Source: Basidioascus undulatus (taxonomy: Eukaryota). Taken from it: DNA of 38,923 nucleotides. The notes beneath the pieces are model-generated. The model was not told where the DNA came from and ran no database searches. It saw nothing but the letters and a program-made list of their open reading frames with translations. Below, one piece after another: positions 1 to 12,761 of the stretch (position 1 is the stretch's first letter; each line of letters starts with the position of its first letter). Both the position numbers and the translations under genes were made by a program. The stretch covers positions 1 to 38,923 of the forward strand of contig JTLS01000040.1 in NCBI GenBank assembly GCA_000826855.1, given 5' to 3'.

Positions 1-143
1 TCCTCCACCACGGCGGACGACGTCCGGGCCCCACGCGGAGGGACGGCGACCTTGACGCCCGAGGCGTCGGCGAGGGTCGCGAGCCCGCGGCGGGAGGCGG
101 GGAGGCGAGCGGCGGAGCGGAGCGAAGAGGCGAGGATGGCCAT
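1..143 (-). CDS. 5' end (partial) of a probable mitochondrially targeted protein; family not determinable
   Basis: ATG at 143 follows a CT-rich leader and reads MAILASSLRSAARLPASRRGLATLADASGVKVAVPPRGARTSSAVVE, running off the window. Arg/Ser/Ala-rich with an 'RRGLAT' cleavage-like motif and C/G-ending codons. Confidence 0.7.
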   Translation of the reverse strand, partial: MAILASSLRSAARLPASRRGLATLADASGVKVAVPPRGARTSSAVVE

Positions 144-949
144 GGCCGGCAGCGGGAGTAGCGAGGAGGGTAAGGAGGAGGAGGTGTTGATGAGAGAAGG
201 CGCGGTGAGGATGATGAGCGAAGGCAGCGTCGGAGCGCGCGCGCCTTGGGAGAGACTTGTCCCTCGCCCAATCCGAAGCCTCACAACTCGCTCTCTCAAC
301 CGAGCCCTACAAACATGTGCAGCCTCGAGCGGCTGTGAATAGGAAAAGTCAAAAGAAATATTGCATTTTTTGCACTACTTTAATAGTGACCCATCCAGCA
401 AATACCTCGTTGCTACGAGCACAGACGAGAATCGGCCTCGATCGGCGATTGACGCTGTCCTCATCGTCTTCAAGTTGACTTACGAGTTCAAGACCTTTGC
501 AATGTCGGCGCTCGTCCCATTGAGCTGCTCGATCTTCGCATCTACTTCATACGCTTACAACACAAACAATCATCTAATGGCCGGCAAAGCAATGACATGT
601 AGGAGTTTTGCACAGTCAAATATGTTCACACCCCCGCGTCACGCACACTCGCACTCGGGTATGGTACATCCATCGGCAGCCTCAGCTCATCGAGCTCAAG
701 AAACACAAAACACGGACAGCGATGGTGAGGTACTTTGGTTGTGCATCAAGAAAAGACCAAAAACGTGACATGGGTACGTAGCGTAAACATCAGACAGTGG
801 TCAGTCGAGTGGAGAGCGGGGAATTACGGAGTACCGGAGCGCAAGGGGATAAGTGAACTATGCCGAAAAAGCGGGGTGGAGGAGTGGATGGGTGGAAGGA
901 TCGTGAGAGGAAGAAGAGAGTGGAGGGCGAAGCTGATCCTGAGCCTCGC

Positions 950-3773
950 TCAGTGGTTGTAGTACTTCTTGATGTCGTCCGCGAAGTGCTGTTTCCCCCA
1001 CGCCTTCCATCAGCCACCTTCCTCCTCGCCACTTTCCTCCTTCCCCTTCAACGCACCTTCTCAATCGCCTTCCTCTGAATCTTCTGCGCGGCAGTAACGA
1101 GTCCGCTCTGGGGCGTCCACTCCTCGGCGGTGAGGATGACCGTCTCGAGCTGCTCGAGCGGCTTGAAGCCGGCCTTCTTGCCCGCGGCGTTCAGATCCTT
1201 GAGCACCGCGACCGCGACCTTGCGATCGTGCACCGCCGCGTCGATCGAGTCTTCGTGCCCGAGGCTGTTGCTCTTCAGGAAGCTGTGCAATCGAAACGGA
1301 GGGTCAGACAGGGAAGGCGGATGCAGGAAGGCGGTGGGCGACGCACTTCTTCAGATGCGCCTCGTTCACGACGACGATCGCAGCGGGTTGCTTGGCGTTG
1401 TTGTTGGCGATTATACAGATGCTGTTCGTCGCCAATCGTCAGAAGGGGCGATCCTCACAACAAAGGACAGTATGAAGACTTACTTTGCAACGAGCGGGTT
1501 GGACTTGTAAGTCGATTCGAGGCGCTCGAGAGCGATGTACTGCGGGATGCCCAACCGCTTATCAGTCCTCCGCCCAGTTCACCAACGCCCACAGCACGCA
1601 ACGCACCTCTCCGCCCTGGAGCTTGACCAAGTTCTTCAAGCGGTCAATAATCGAGAGCGTCCCGTCCTTGTTGAACTGGCCACTGCATGACCCGCCCCCT
1701 CTCGCAAATCAGCCTCCGCCTCCCAAGGATCACCCAAGATCAGCCGCCAACGCACATGTCGCCGGTCTTAAACCACCCGTCAGACGTGAACGCCTCCGCG
1801 TCGACGTCGGGGCGCTTGAAGTAGCCCTTCGTGACGGACGGCCCGCGGATCTGGATCTCGCCCTGCGGGAGCGCGTTCGTCGAGAAGTAGCCCGCCTCGG
1901 GCGCGTCCACCAGCTTGACCTCGATCGACGGCATCGGCACACCCGCGGGACCGAAGGACATGAACTCGGGCTGTACATCGCGTAAACGGATGTCAGCAAC
2001 TGTGTGGCTCATTGTGCGCGTTTCGAGGAGAGTATGGACGCACCGAGAGAATGGCGCACATGCTACAAGTGGAAGTGAGAGTTAGTATGGTGAACACGCG
2101 GGACGGGACGGGAGAAGAACGCACCCGCAGCTCTCCGTCATACCGTATCCCTGCAGAACAGTAACAAGCGCAGTGCTCAAGAACTCCTGCGTCTCCTTGC
2201 TGATCGCCGCGCCACCGCTCATAGCCAGCCTGAGGCGTCCGCCGGTGCCCTGCTTGATAGCATTGAAGACGACGGCGTCCGTGACCGCGCCGACGCCGGG
2301 GAGGCCGAGGCTGCTCGCGCTCTTCTTGGCCGAGAGCGCGGCGTTGAAGACTGAGCGCTTGATCATCCCCGCCGCGTTCACCTTGGCCAGGATGCCCTTG
2401 CGGATGAGCTCCCACACCGCGGGCACGCCGACGAGCAGCGTCGGGCGGAACGCGCGGATGTCGCCCACGCAGTTCCGCACGGACGCGTCTGTGAGCGTCT
2501 TCACCCGCCCGTAGCCGAGCGTGATGCCGATGAACATGAACGCCATCTCGAGGATGAACCTGAGGAAAAAGAGGTAGCTGCGTAAGCCGAAGGCCTGGAA
2601 GAGAGGGTGAAAGCAAGTCTTGACGCACTCAAGGATGTGCGCAAGAGGAAGGTAAGCCAGGAGCGAGTCGGATTGCTGGAGGTGCTTGTCGAGGAGGCGG
2701 CGGATGGCAGCGACTGCACGGGAGCACGAATGGGTGAGCGGAAACCCATACTCAAAGCCACCCGAGAACTACGCACTGCCAGAGACGAGGTTCTCGTGCG
2801 AGAGGACAACGCCCTTAGGCGCGCCGGTCGAGCCCGAGGTGTACATGATGCAGACGGTGTCGTCCTTGTGGGGCGGGACGGCGGGCGCGGGGTTCTCCTT
2901 GCCGAGGCGCTCGAGCTCGTCGAGGTGCACGATTTTGAGCGTCTCGCCGTCGCCGTCGCCGCGCTTGATCGCCTGCAGCTTCTCGAGCACGTCCGGCTTC
3001 GCCTGCCCGTCGTAAATGACCATCTTGACCGTCGGCGTGTCGGGGAGGACCTGGGGGGGTGACCGGGCGTGTCAGCAGGCGTTCGGAGGTCAGGCGGACT
3101 GGGATGCACAGACGGACCTCGAGAACGGTGGAGAGAAGGTCGGCGTTCGTGAAGACGCCCGTGACGTCCGGCTCGTTCAAGGAGTGAGTGAGACCGGAGG
3201 GGCCGAGAGAGTCGTACGCGGTACAGATGGTGACGGATTGCCGGATAGCCGCCTGCGCCATGACTTGCCAGGAGAGACTGCAAGCCGGGGGGACCGCCTG
3301 TTCAGCACCGCGCCGCTTATCGTCCCCGCCGCTGCTGCACCAGCGAGCCCTTGACGGAGGGAGACTCACGCAGTCTGCGCGTAGACGTTGAACGTCTGGC
3401 CCTTCTTCAAGCCGAGGTGGGCGAGCCCGCTCGACGCGTTGCGGATGCGCTCGCCGACCTGGTTCCACGAGAGATACTTGTAGTCGCTGAGCTCAAAGTA
3501 CGTCCACTTCTTCTTGACGGGCTTGCCGTCCGGGCCCTTGACCTCCTTCTCCTCGACGTGCTCGCGGATCGTGTCGCGGTAGCCGACGGCGTTGCGCTCG
3601 CCGTGCGTGCGCACGCAGTACTCGATCAGGTCGTGGATCGTGTGCACGCCCTCCGTGGGCGAGGTCAGCAGCGGCTCGTCCGGCCGCACGCAGTACCCGC
3701 GCCGGCGGCGCGTCTCGCCCTCGGGCTTGGGCTTGTCGGCGTCGATCTCGTACGAAGCGACCTTAGGCGTCAT
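950..3773 (-). CDS. Long-chain fatty acyl-CoA synthetase (Faa1/Faa4-like), multi-exon
   Basis: Starts [25 protein letters not shown]. Contains the AMP-binding motif [15 protein letters not shown], plus [41 protein letters not shown] and [17 protein letters not shown]. Last exon [12 protein letters not shown] ends at 950. Confidence 0.95.
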
Positions 3774-5109
3774 GGGAAGTTTGGAGGTGGAGGAAAGAGG
3801 GGACGCGGTAGAGAAACTGGAGATATAGAACAAGATGTCGTCAGTGCCTGGTCCCGGTCCGCGTCTGACCTGACATGATGCGTCCCCATTCTCCAACGAC
3901 CAAAAGCCTCTCTGACCTCCCCTAGAAATCCTCAACGGCTGCCTATCGAACAGCTGGCCGCGTCGCTCATCGAGCCGGCGCAAGCGCCGAGAAAGCCGTT
4001 GGGACTCACGATAGATGCTTAGGCGGTCAGCAAGTTTAAGTTGCTCGACAGCGACGGATATGAAGAATGCTATGAGAGGGATGGACTCTGAGTGAGCGTT
4101 ATGTAAAGAATGAGCGTCGCTGATGGTGTGGATCGAAGAGGCAAAGAGACGCGAGGGCGACTCGAGAAGTGGGATCGGTCGCATAAGCGGCGCTCGGTCG
4201 ATTTAGCGCACGATAAGTCGTCGCTCCATCCAGCCTCCGTGTGGTATAATATACCGACCGGGTTTGGGAAGGCCGCCACTTACCTGGGGTGCAGTGGACG
4301 GTATGTGGATGCGGGAGGCAAAGAGAGTGGTCGTTCAAGGTCAAGTGCTGGTCGAGGGAGAGCAGGCGGCTTTGGGAGGGGGCATGGGGCACTTGGCGAA
4401 CTGCGTCACGACGGACCGACGCTGTCAGCGCACTCGGCAGCTTCGTCGGCCCGCCACCGTCGATCTTCTTCGATGGGAGCGCCCTCTATTTCGTTTCGCA
4501 TTCAATTTTTCAGACTTTGCAGCACATCCCATCCCTCAAGATGGTCTGCACATCCTGGGCCTGCACGACTGCTTTCAACGCTACTGATTTTGGCGCTTCA
4601 GAACTTCAAAGATTTGCCGCAAATGCCCTCAGTAAGGTACCGAACCTTCACCAGACAATCGCCCTGTCAGGTGACGATGAGATTTCCTCGATTCGGCGAC
4701 TTGGCTCTTTCTCCTTTTCGTTGTGCTCCCGGGGTCATTGCACGGACGCTTCTCTTCCGGTCTGCTCAGTCTGCGGGAATATGGTTGATGTGGCCTCAGA
4801 AATACCACCGCAATCGAGATTCAACACAGTCGAGGCACCCCTTCCTCCAGCTCAAACAGGGCACCATTGTGCCGGCTGTTGCACTGGCATTGACCGTGCC
4901 TAGACCTCAGGAGAGAGCTTCGAGAACAGCTTGCAACGTTTCTTTTTTACAGTATTGAAGTCTCAGGCAGCACCTCAAACAGCCATGAAGAGGCAAGACT
5001 GCTCACGCCGCAAAGCAGCATGCAGAGTTTCGATGTTACTCGCTCTGCTATACCACGCTGCCCACTGCTGAAACTAGAGCTCAACAGTTACGGAAGAGGA
5101 TCCACAATA

Positions 5110-5169
5110 AGTTAGAAGCAATGCAGTTAGAAGCAATGCGACTGCTCTGTCCCCACCCGACTGCTCTGT
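5110..5169. repeat. Two adjacent short direct duplications
   Basis: AGTTAGAAGCAATGC x2 (5110-5124, 5125-5139), then CGACTGCTCTGT x2 (5139-5150, 5158-5169). Confidence 0.85.
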
Positions 5170-6868
5170 TCCAGCATTAGCCAGGGCTCGTCACTGGAAA
5201 CGGCGGCGATCGTGCCACAGCCGGCCGGCACTCAGCTGCACTGGTCCAGCAAGTACACGCACACCTATTTCTCAGGCGTCATGGGGTTTCAATAGCACCC
5301 GAGGAAATATTTCTCATGAAAGCCAACGGATGTATTCGATGTGCATATGAGGGTTGGAGCAGAGCGTCGTGCACGCATCCCGCAGTTGTGAACTCCTTCC
5401 AGGTGCTCAGACTTCTTCTCTGTCGTCGATGCACAGAAGGATGCCGCAAGCGTTGAATCAAGGTTGATAGTATCCAGACCTGCACACTCGCACTAGGCAG
5501 TCGGTCATTTCGCCCGATGTATTGGATGAGGGCTACCCTCTCGCTTCTCTTCACAGCTGGGTAACACACTGCTGGTTTTCTCCGACCTATGACCCGCCTC
5601 ACCTTCTACTATTCCTGTACTTATAGGAGTTGAGTGTGGGAGCACTGTGGCCCTCGTGTAAACCGCCTGCTAGAGAGAAACAGCAGGCGGGAGCGCTCGT
5701 AGTCTTTCGTGAGTTCTCGGCACTGCAGTGGAAAGCTCGCCTGCGAGCGTGAAATATCCTTTTTCTCTCCTCTTTGCCTCCATAAAGGTATCAGGAACTC
5801 ATGGATTTCCATTTTCTGATGTATTTGTAGACGCAGACCAAGTTCGAGCTGGGCAGAACGGAGTCGGAAACTGGGTCCTGGCAGCTCCATTGCGAGCGTG
5901 CAAGCGCTCCCTCAGCCTTTCCCGTTCCATCGTTCAGATGATTCTCTCCACTATACAAATAGATACCAATGCGTTCGATTGAAACTCCTTCGCAACTGAT
6001 GCACGTGCGAAACGTCGAAGTACCGTTCTCCAACTCGGACTCCGATGGGCAGCGGTCTGGCGGCTGTTGCACTGGCACGATAACACCGGCCACGCCCTGA
6101 ATGGCTTGCTAGGATAAGACAAACACATCATACCAATGTTTTGCCGGGCGGGAGCAGAGTAGGCCCTCGGACTGTCACCAAGACGCGATATTGCTTGCCC
6201 CACCAGAGCAGCACCGCACGCTTGAACAGCCCAGTTGGTGGCGTTACTTGCCTACAAAGTCAATTCTGTCCCAAACTGAAGCATAAACGTTGATAATAAG
6301 CCTTCAGAAGCCTTGAAAGCTCCGATAACGGACCCCGCGGTTCTGCTGTCACTTACTCCGACCTTAACGAAGCAGGCATGGAATCTCTTCGTTCACTTCC
6401 CAGCCAGGCGGGCAGGGATTCCCAGAAGGAACTTGCTCACTGAGTACAGAAAAATAACCACAAATATTATGGCACAGAGTTGGGGCCGCTCGAGCCCGAC
6501 TAGCGGGGCATCTGTAGTGTTCGCGGCATTGCAAACTACTGACGCTCAGCGTGCCGTTTGGGCGCCGCTCATATGCATGATTATCTCCCCCAATTTTCAT
6601 CCCATTGTCCCTAACACAGCCTACCCAGAGCTCGACGTTGGTTTGAGAGGCAAATTACTTTTGGTCTAAACCCTACCCATCCAGCAAGCGCCCAGTACAT
6701 TGACGATATCTTCACCAGAGCCCTCTGAGAACGGTTGATACACAGACCCTGCTTCCCCGATGCATTTGACTTCTAAACGCGTTGTATATGGAGGAAACGT
6801 CGAGGAAACGTTTGGCGAACGTCCCGTGCCCAGTCATGAAAGTACAGCATCGTTGCACATGAGAATCG

Positions 6869-9800
6869 TCAAATGGTGTAGCGGAAAAGCGGGCTGTTGT
6901 CGCCCATGCCTGCAATTGCGATGTCACCAGTAAGCATAAGAATCAGTCTTACATACGTGTGTGTGAGACGTACGGCGGTAATCGGCCCTCCTGTCTTCAT
7001 GATGCCCCTCCGCAGCGCAGAGAGCCTCCTTGCGTGCGTTGGCACGGCGAGCGAGGTAGATCTGAAGTGCCGAGACGGCAAACCCTCCGCAGAGGAAGGC
7101 AAGGAGAGTGCCGTGGCCGGTCGGATAGCGCGGACTGCTCGGACATGTGAGTGAAAGGCGTTTAGCCTTCTCGTGAGGGCGAGAAAACGTACGACTCGCT
7201 CGACTTGTAGAAGTAAGGACCGATCGCACCACCGAGATTACCGATGCTGACGGCAGGGAAGAGACCATGAGTTCCATTTCGCACTTTAGAAGGTTCATAA
7301 AAGATCACCTAATCTGGATGGCCATGCCAACACCGCGCTGGATATGAAGGAGCAGCGTGAGGATTTGCTGAACATCGCTTGTGTCCAGTATTCCATCTTT
7401 CGAGGCGTACCTTGGTCGAACCACCGATGTTTCCGCCGTTCCAGGAGACACAGACCGGGATGCAGGGGTAGCTACCCTGGTAGAGTAGCAGGCACGGTCA
7501 GGTGCATCTCCGGAAGAAAATGGCGTTTCGGCTCCTTACGGCTGCTGCCCTGGAAACTCCACATGAGGCTGTCAGCGCAAAGCCCATGTATAAGGTGTTG
7601 CTCTACTGTGACTGACAAGAATACGGCAAAGTACTGGACTCCCGGTGTCGTCGTCGAATAGCTGTGCCATACTGCCGTCAGCAAGTGCGGGGTTCACAAC
7701 AATCGAGGAATACTCACAGGATGGAGAAGCCGATGATCCCGATCACACAAACACACATATTGATGGGGCCTCGCATCTGAGGAGGTGCACGTTGGTCAAA
7801 ATGATGGTAACAGAAGAACCCCGGGTAGCCTGCCTACCTTGAAGTAGTCGGAGGCAAAGCCCGCCGCGAGAGTGACCAGACATCCGAAGACTACGAGAAG
7901 ATACAGGATTAGAAAGGTTGTCTCAAGGTCATTCTGGTTACCAGACTCACTGTAGGGTCTGTAAGATACTACGTCAGCTTTGAGTCTCTCCAAGACAAAA
8001 CTTGGAACTCACGGTGCGGACAGAAGTTGCGCCATAGTGTTGCTGTAGCCTGCATCGCATATTTGACTGTCAGTATCGGTCGTGCAGCTTTGAACTTTCC
8101 TGACTCACCGAGGTTCGAGATAATTGTCGGAAGGAAGAGCGAGTAGGTGTAGAGCGGCGTCCTGTGAGGCCAGCTTGATTAGGACGCAGATGATGTCTCG
8201 AAAATTAGGCGGACTCACAACACCAGCAAGTACAGGAGCGCCTGAAGCCAGATAAACGGGTCCCTGCACGACGAGGGTCGGTCAGCTACCTGAAGAGGCG
8301 CAAGGTCCTTCGCGACGTACACGAACGCGTCCTTCACGTATGTCCAGCTGAACTCATTTGCGAGGTCGCTTGCGTCCCTCTTGAGGCGGCCGACAACAAA
8401 TGATCTCTCCGATTCATTGAGGAAGCGCGCCGTTTCCGGAAAGTCGTTGATGATGAAGTACGCAGCGATGGCGGTCACCACCGTGAGCAGACCCTCGAGC
8501 TGTGCGGGGCTTTAGCAACTCATACCACCTCAAGGACACGGTGTATGCCAACCAACATACGTAGAACTATCAACAGGAGGATCAGGTCTTTTGATGCATG
8601 GGAGATTCTTCGATGAGAGGCTACGCACAATCCACCGCCAGCCAGATTGACCGCCAATTCCGTCCATCTCGGAAATTGCCGCGGCCAGTAGCTGAGTGGG
8701 AAGGTAAATAAGCTCAAGTTCTTCGGAATTTTTCTCCACTCTGTAGACCTACACCACCGAATGCACCCTGTAACTCGAATGTCAGCAACAGACAAAAGCA
8801 ACACGGAGCCCAATAAAAATTCACCGCCATTGTCGCCGCAGTGAAGAAGATAGAAGTGCGCCTGGCATGTTCAGACCTGCGGTACCACATTGTGATGTCT
8901 TTCGGCCGTTTAATGCCGCACAGAGAGACAAGGATACGGACATCAGCCTCGCGAACGACAGTGCAGTGCTATGGGCCTCGCTTACAGTACGTTACGCCAG
9001 CTGCGCTCCCCCCGCAGTGAGCTTCGGATTATCTTGGCTTGTCCAAAGAGGGTCCAAGAGAAAGCATACGAAAGAGTCCGGCTTCGCAGAGCCCCTGCGA
9101 CTTGACCGTCAGTCAATGGATCAATGCAAGTGCGATCTCGCCATCTACGCACCAAGAAAATGCGTGCGACCATGAGTCCCTCAAACGATTGCACTAAACC
9201 CATGAGCGTCATCACCTTTAGGATGAAGGAAGATTGTCAGTGACGCGTAGGGTGAGTGAAACAAGGACCCTGAAGGATTTCGCAGCGTACCACTCCCCAG
9301 GCAAGCTGTCCCGGAAAGCAAGAAATTGAGCGTTGCACAGCTTGGACTGAAAGTATTTATTCGCTTACCATAATTCTGAGCATTGGGTTACGGCAAGTTA
9401 GTGAATTGCTGAGGGGATATTGAGGTCTCGGCTCACATTGGGATCCAGACACTCGGCTGCATCGATCGTTTCGTTAGCATGGCTTCGATGTATAGTCAAA
9501 ATGCAGGACGTGCTCTTAATCTTTTCAAAGCGATGTTTGATGGCACCTCTGCAATAACGTAGCCGTAAACTGCCCTGACGTGAGTGACTTGCAAACGATG
9601 GTAGGACCGCAGAGCTCACAGAAGATCGACGCGATGTGGCTGTATTGCAGGCCGGTCAATCCGAGCTCCGTGGCCATGCCCGCTATCTTTGCGTTGCCCA
9701 CGTTGGATCTGAGGACATAAAACTCAGTGCCAGGTGCTCCAAAACCTGGAGAACGGGTCATACCTGTCAAGGAACGACAAAAGGTAGACTGTGCGACAAG

Positions 9801-10053
9801 GCGCCAGCATTCAGTTTGGTTCTGCATCCTTCCAGCAACGTTCGGTGACTGGGAAGAACTCACGGAAGGACAAGAACGGAAGTAGGTTGAGGTCCAGCTT
9901 CCTCAACAAGCGTTTCTCTTCGGCGGGACTGAAGACGGGAGCGTTGGGCGACTCGGAAACGTCGACGAAGTTGGCGCTCTGCACCTCGGCCTCGGAGAGG
10001 TGCTCTGGCGTCCCCTTGTCGTCGACGGAGCGCTTGGTTTCCAAGGGGGACAT
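6869..10053 (-). CDS. MFS transporter, anion:cation symporter family (Dal5/Tna1-like), many short exons
   Basis: Spliced motifs: EKRLLRKLDLNLLPFLSFLYLLSFLDRSNVGNAKIAG, EVPSNIALKRLRPSVWIP, ARIFLGLCEAGLFPG, GWRWIFYLEG, DFPETARFL, and the C-terminus GDNSPLFRYTI*. Confidence 0.93.
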
Positions 10054-12000
10054 GCTGTTGGAGTAGTAAGATGGTGGTGGTGAATGAGAACGCCATGGGT
10101 GGAAAGTGACTTCTCAGATCCCAATGTCCACGCGTCAGCGGGACTCGTTGGCCGGTTAGTGCACGGCGTCGTACAAGCGTCACGTGGACCTTTCTATACG
10201 CCACCATCGTGGAGGTCTTTTATGCTCCGGCGAGACTCCGCAATACCGCACTGTCCGCAGAAGAAGCAGGAACCTGGTCTTGCTGGCCGACTGCCCGTAG
10301 TCGTTGGTGGGGCCGGTCCGACTCCGGAACTCGCACGGTGGCCCTTAGCCTGGGGGCGGAGGAACGTCAGCTGAGGCCAACGCTGTTCATGGCTTTCGAG
10401 ATCAGAAGAATGATGAGGACAGCTCGGCCTCTTGGTCCCAGTCATGGCGAAAGTCGGCGTGCTTGCGTGCTGAAGCCTGCATCGCAACGGCAACGAAGTG
10501 CTGCCAGCCGGAACGGCAGTTGGGGTCTACACTGTTCTTGCGGGCGTTGTCGGCTCATGCAAACTATCCAACTAGCATACATGGCCAGGCAAATGGTCCC
10601 GATTGAGATCGCGTGCTCTGGGAGTTCTCCCAAGGCCACGCGTCTTAAATTGAGACTCACTGAGAGCCTCGTTCGTAATGGCGCAAGTGGGCCGTCGCAA
10701 AGTGGCCTCTAGAGTCAAAGTCAGGACCGACTGACCAGCGCGGGAAGTGAGCCTTTCACTTCCTGGTAATTTGTTGTAATTTGTGGCTATTGAAGCGCAA
10801 TCCCTTTTCCGAATACGAAGTCCTCCTCAATCTTCAAAAACGGGCACAGTGCCTGGAATGACTGTCCCAGTCGGAGGGTACCGGCATCGCACTCCGTGAG
10901 GTGTTAACCGTGCACACGGATATCAGCGGAACGATGGAAGTATGGGAAGAGGCCAAAAGTTTGTCTAAACATTGGGTTTCTTGTTGAGATCACTGCCAAC
11001 CCTTGTGGAAGAGCAGGCTAAGCAGCTGACGTGAAAGGCTGAGAAGACGCACGCACGACTGCACACGAGTCTACAACCGCTGTGCTGTGAAAAACCACGC
11101 CTAAAGGAGTGTCTTTCTCTTCATTTTTGTGAAGCCATTTTATCACAAGCGTTTGCGCTCTACATGACCGTGACTTGAAGTGCGTGGGCGTGTCTGCTTA
11201 TCTTACAGTCTCGGTCGCACTTCATGTTGCTTGTCTACAGGATAAGTATCCCATGGACTTTGTAAGTCAGAAGAATCCTCCAAACAGTTCTAACGTGATC
11301 CACTATGACTCCGTTCCGTCAGACCATCCCCCTGTCATGTTAGAGGGAGGCGTTGGCGTGCTTTCGCCCGGCAGGCGGTAAGCCAGCGGCTGCGAAGCAG
11401 TGGGCTCAAACGGATATGGATGCCCTGACCCCTTGCAATACTCACGAGGGTACACAACAGGGCGAAGTCAGAAGGCAGGTGCGGCACCGGCGTCGGTGTT
11501 CAACGAAACGACATCCTCGAGGGACACCTTCAGGTTCATGTTTCAGGGCAACGGTCGCTGTAACAGGGCACGTCTTGACTTCGCGTCCCACATGAAGACA
11601 AAGGTGCTTTGAACTCAACTCTGGACAGTGAACATGTGCCGCAAAAACAGGCACCTCGGCACAATTGCTCCGTCACGAGCGTGTAGGGAACGCAAGCGCA
11701 ACAAGGCGTATATGCAACGCCTGCGATGTTCTCAACTCGTGCATCCACTGATCATAACAGAATTACTCATCAAAACCTCTTAAGAGCGTGTAGTTCATCA
11801 ATAATTCTGAAATAGAGACCGTGCCAAAATTCAGGACACCGGACAGCGTGGATCCGCAGCTGATCAGCGTTCACGACCTCTGATCACCCTGCCCTCGATT
11901 CCCTCGAAACGAGCATGTACGACCTGGCCTCTTACACGGCCATGAGTTGTCCGTGCTCCCTCGAACACTTGTATATGGCCGAGGGAACCCACGTGCTGTC

Positions 12001-12006
12001 TATATA
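12001..12006 (+). promoter_or_regulatory. Candidate TATA box of the DPBB gene
   Basis: TATATA about 114 nt upstream of ATG 12115, followed by a CT-rich leader. Confidence 0.5.
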
Positions 12007-12114
12007 GGACCAGCCTGCCCACCCATTCTCTCTCTCCTCAACTTCTTCCTCACTGCACCAACGCCGCGGCACACCTTCACTGTCTCTTTATTCGTTTTCT
12101 TCCTTCGCTTCAAT

Positions 12115-12761
12115 ATGTTCTCTCACTCCATTCTATCTACTGCGCTGGTCGCAGCTTGCCTTTCTGTTGTTTGGTAAGCATTCCTCTCTTCAAGCCGAAG
12201 TCGATCACTCGCTGATGCACACCTGGTCCCAGTGCCGCTCCGACTCCGCAGGCTGCCGCGCCTGCGGGCGGAAGGTATACTTCTGGTCCGAAACCTGCAT
12301 CCACTGTTTCTGCTCATGCAATGTTCACTTCGACAGCTTCTCTGGCCAAGCCACGTACTACGCCCCAGGCATGGGTGCTTGCGGGAAAATGAACACGGAC
12401 GGCGACATGATCGTGGCGATCTCTCACACGCTCTTGTGAGCCAACCCCTTAAACTTTATTATAGTCAAGGGTTTACTTATAACTATTCATATAACAGCGA
12501 CTCGACCTCCTCATGCGGGAAGGCCATTCATGCGCAGGTTAACGGAGGCCCGACGGTCACTGTGACAGTTGCGGACCGATGCGAGGCCTGCGCTGAGGGC
12601 GACCTCGACTTCACCGTGAGCATTTGGGATAACTCTTGTGGACTGAAACTTCCGCGCAGCGTACTGAACACTTGGCTTCACAGTCCACCGGCTTCACTGC
12701 AGTCGTGCCGGGCGGCCTCGGCGTCGGTCGCGCCTCGGGCCTCACCTGGTCTTGGGCTTGA
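12115..12761 (+). CDS. Small secreted RlpA-like double-psi beta-barrel protein (loosenin/expansin-related), 131 aa
   Basis: Exons 12115-12173, 12233-12274, 12337-12435, 12498-12615, 12684-12761. Signal peptide MFSHSILSTALVAACLSVVCAAP, then SGQATYYAPGMGACG, IVAIS, CGK, VTVADRCEACAEGDLDFT and LTWSWA*. Confidence 0.92.

Noticed and set aside
3774..4184. 137-codon open extension upstream of the acyl-CoA synthetase start
   Set aside because: Lacks host codon bias and runs through the CT-rich leader; the family-like sequence begins at ATG 3773.
4860..6100. Cys-containing short C-termini considered as lipopeptide pheromone precursors
   Set aside because: No terminal CAAX motif and no tandem pheromone repeats; no mating-type genes nearby.
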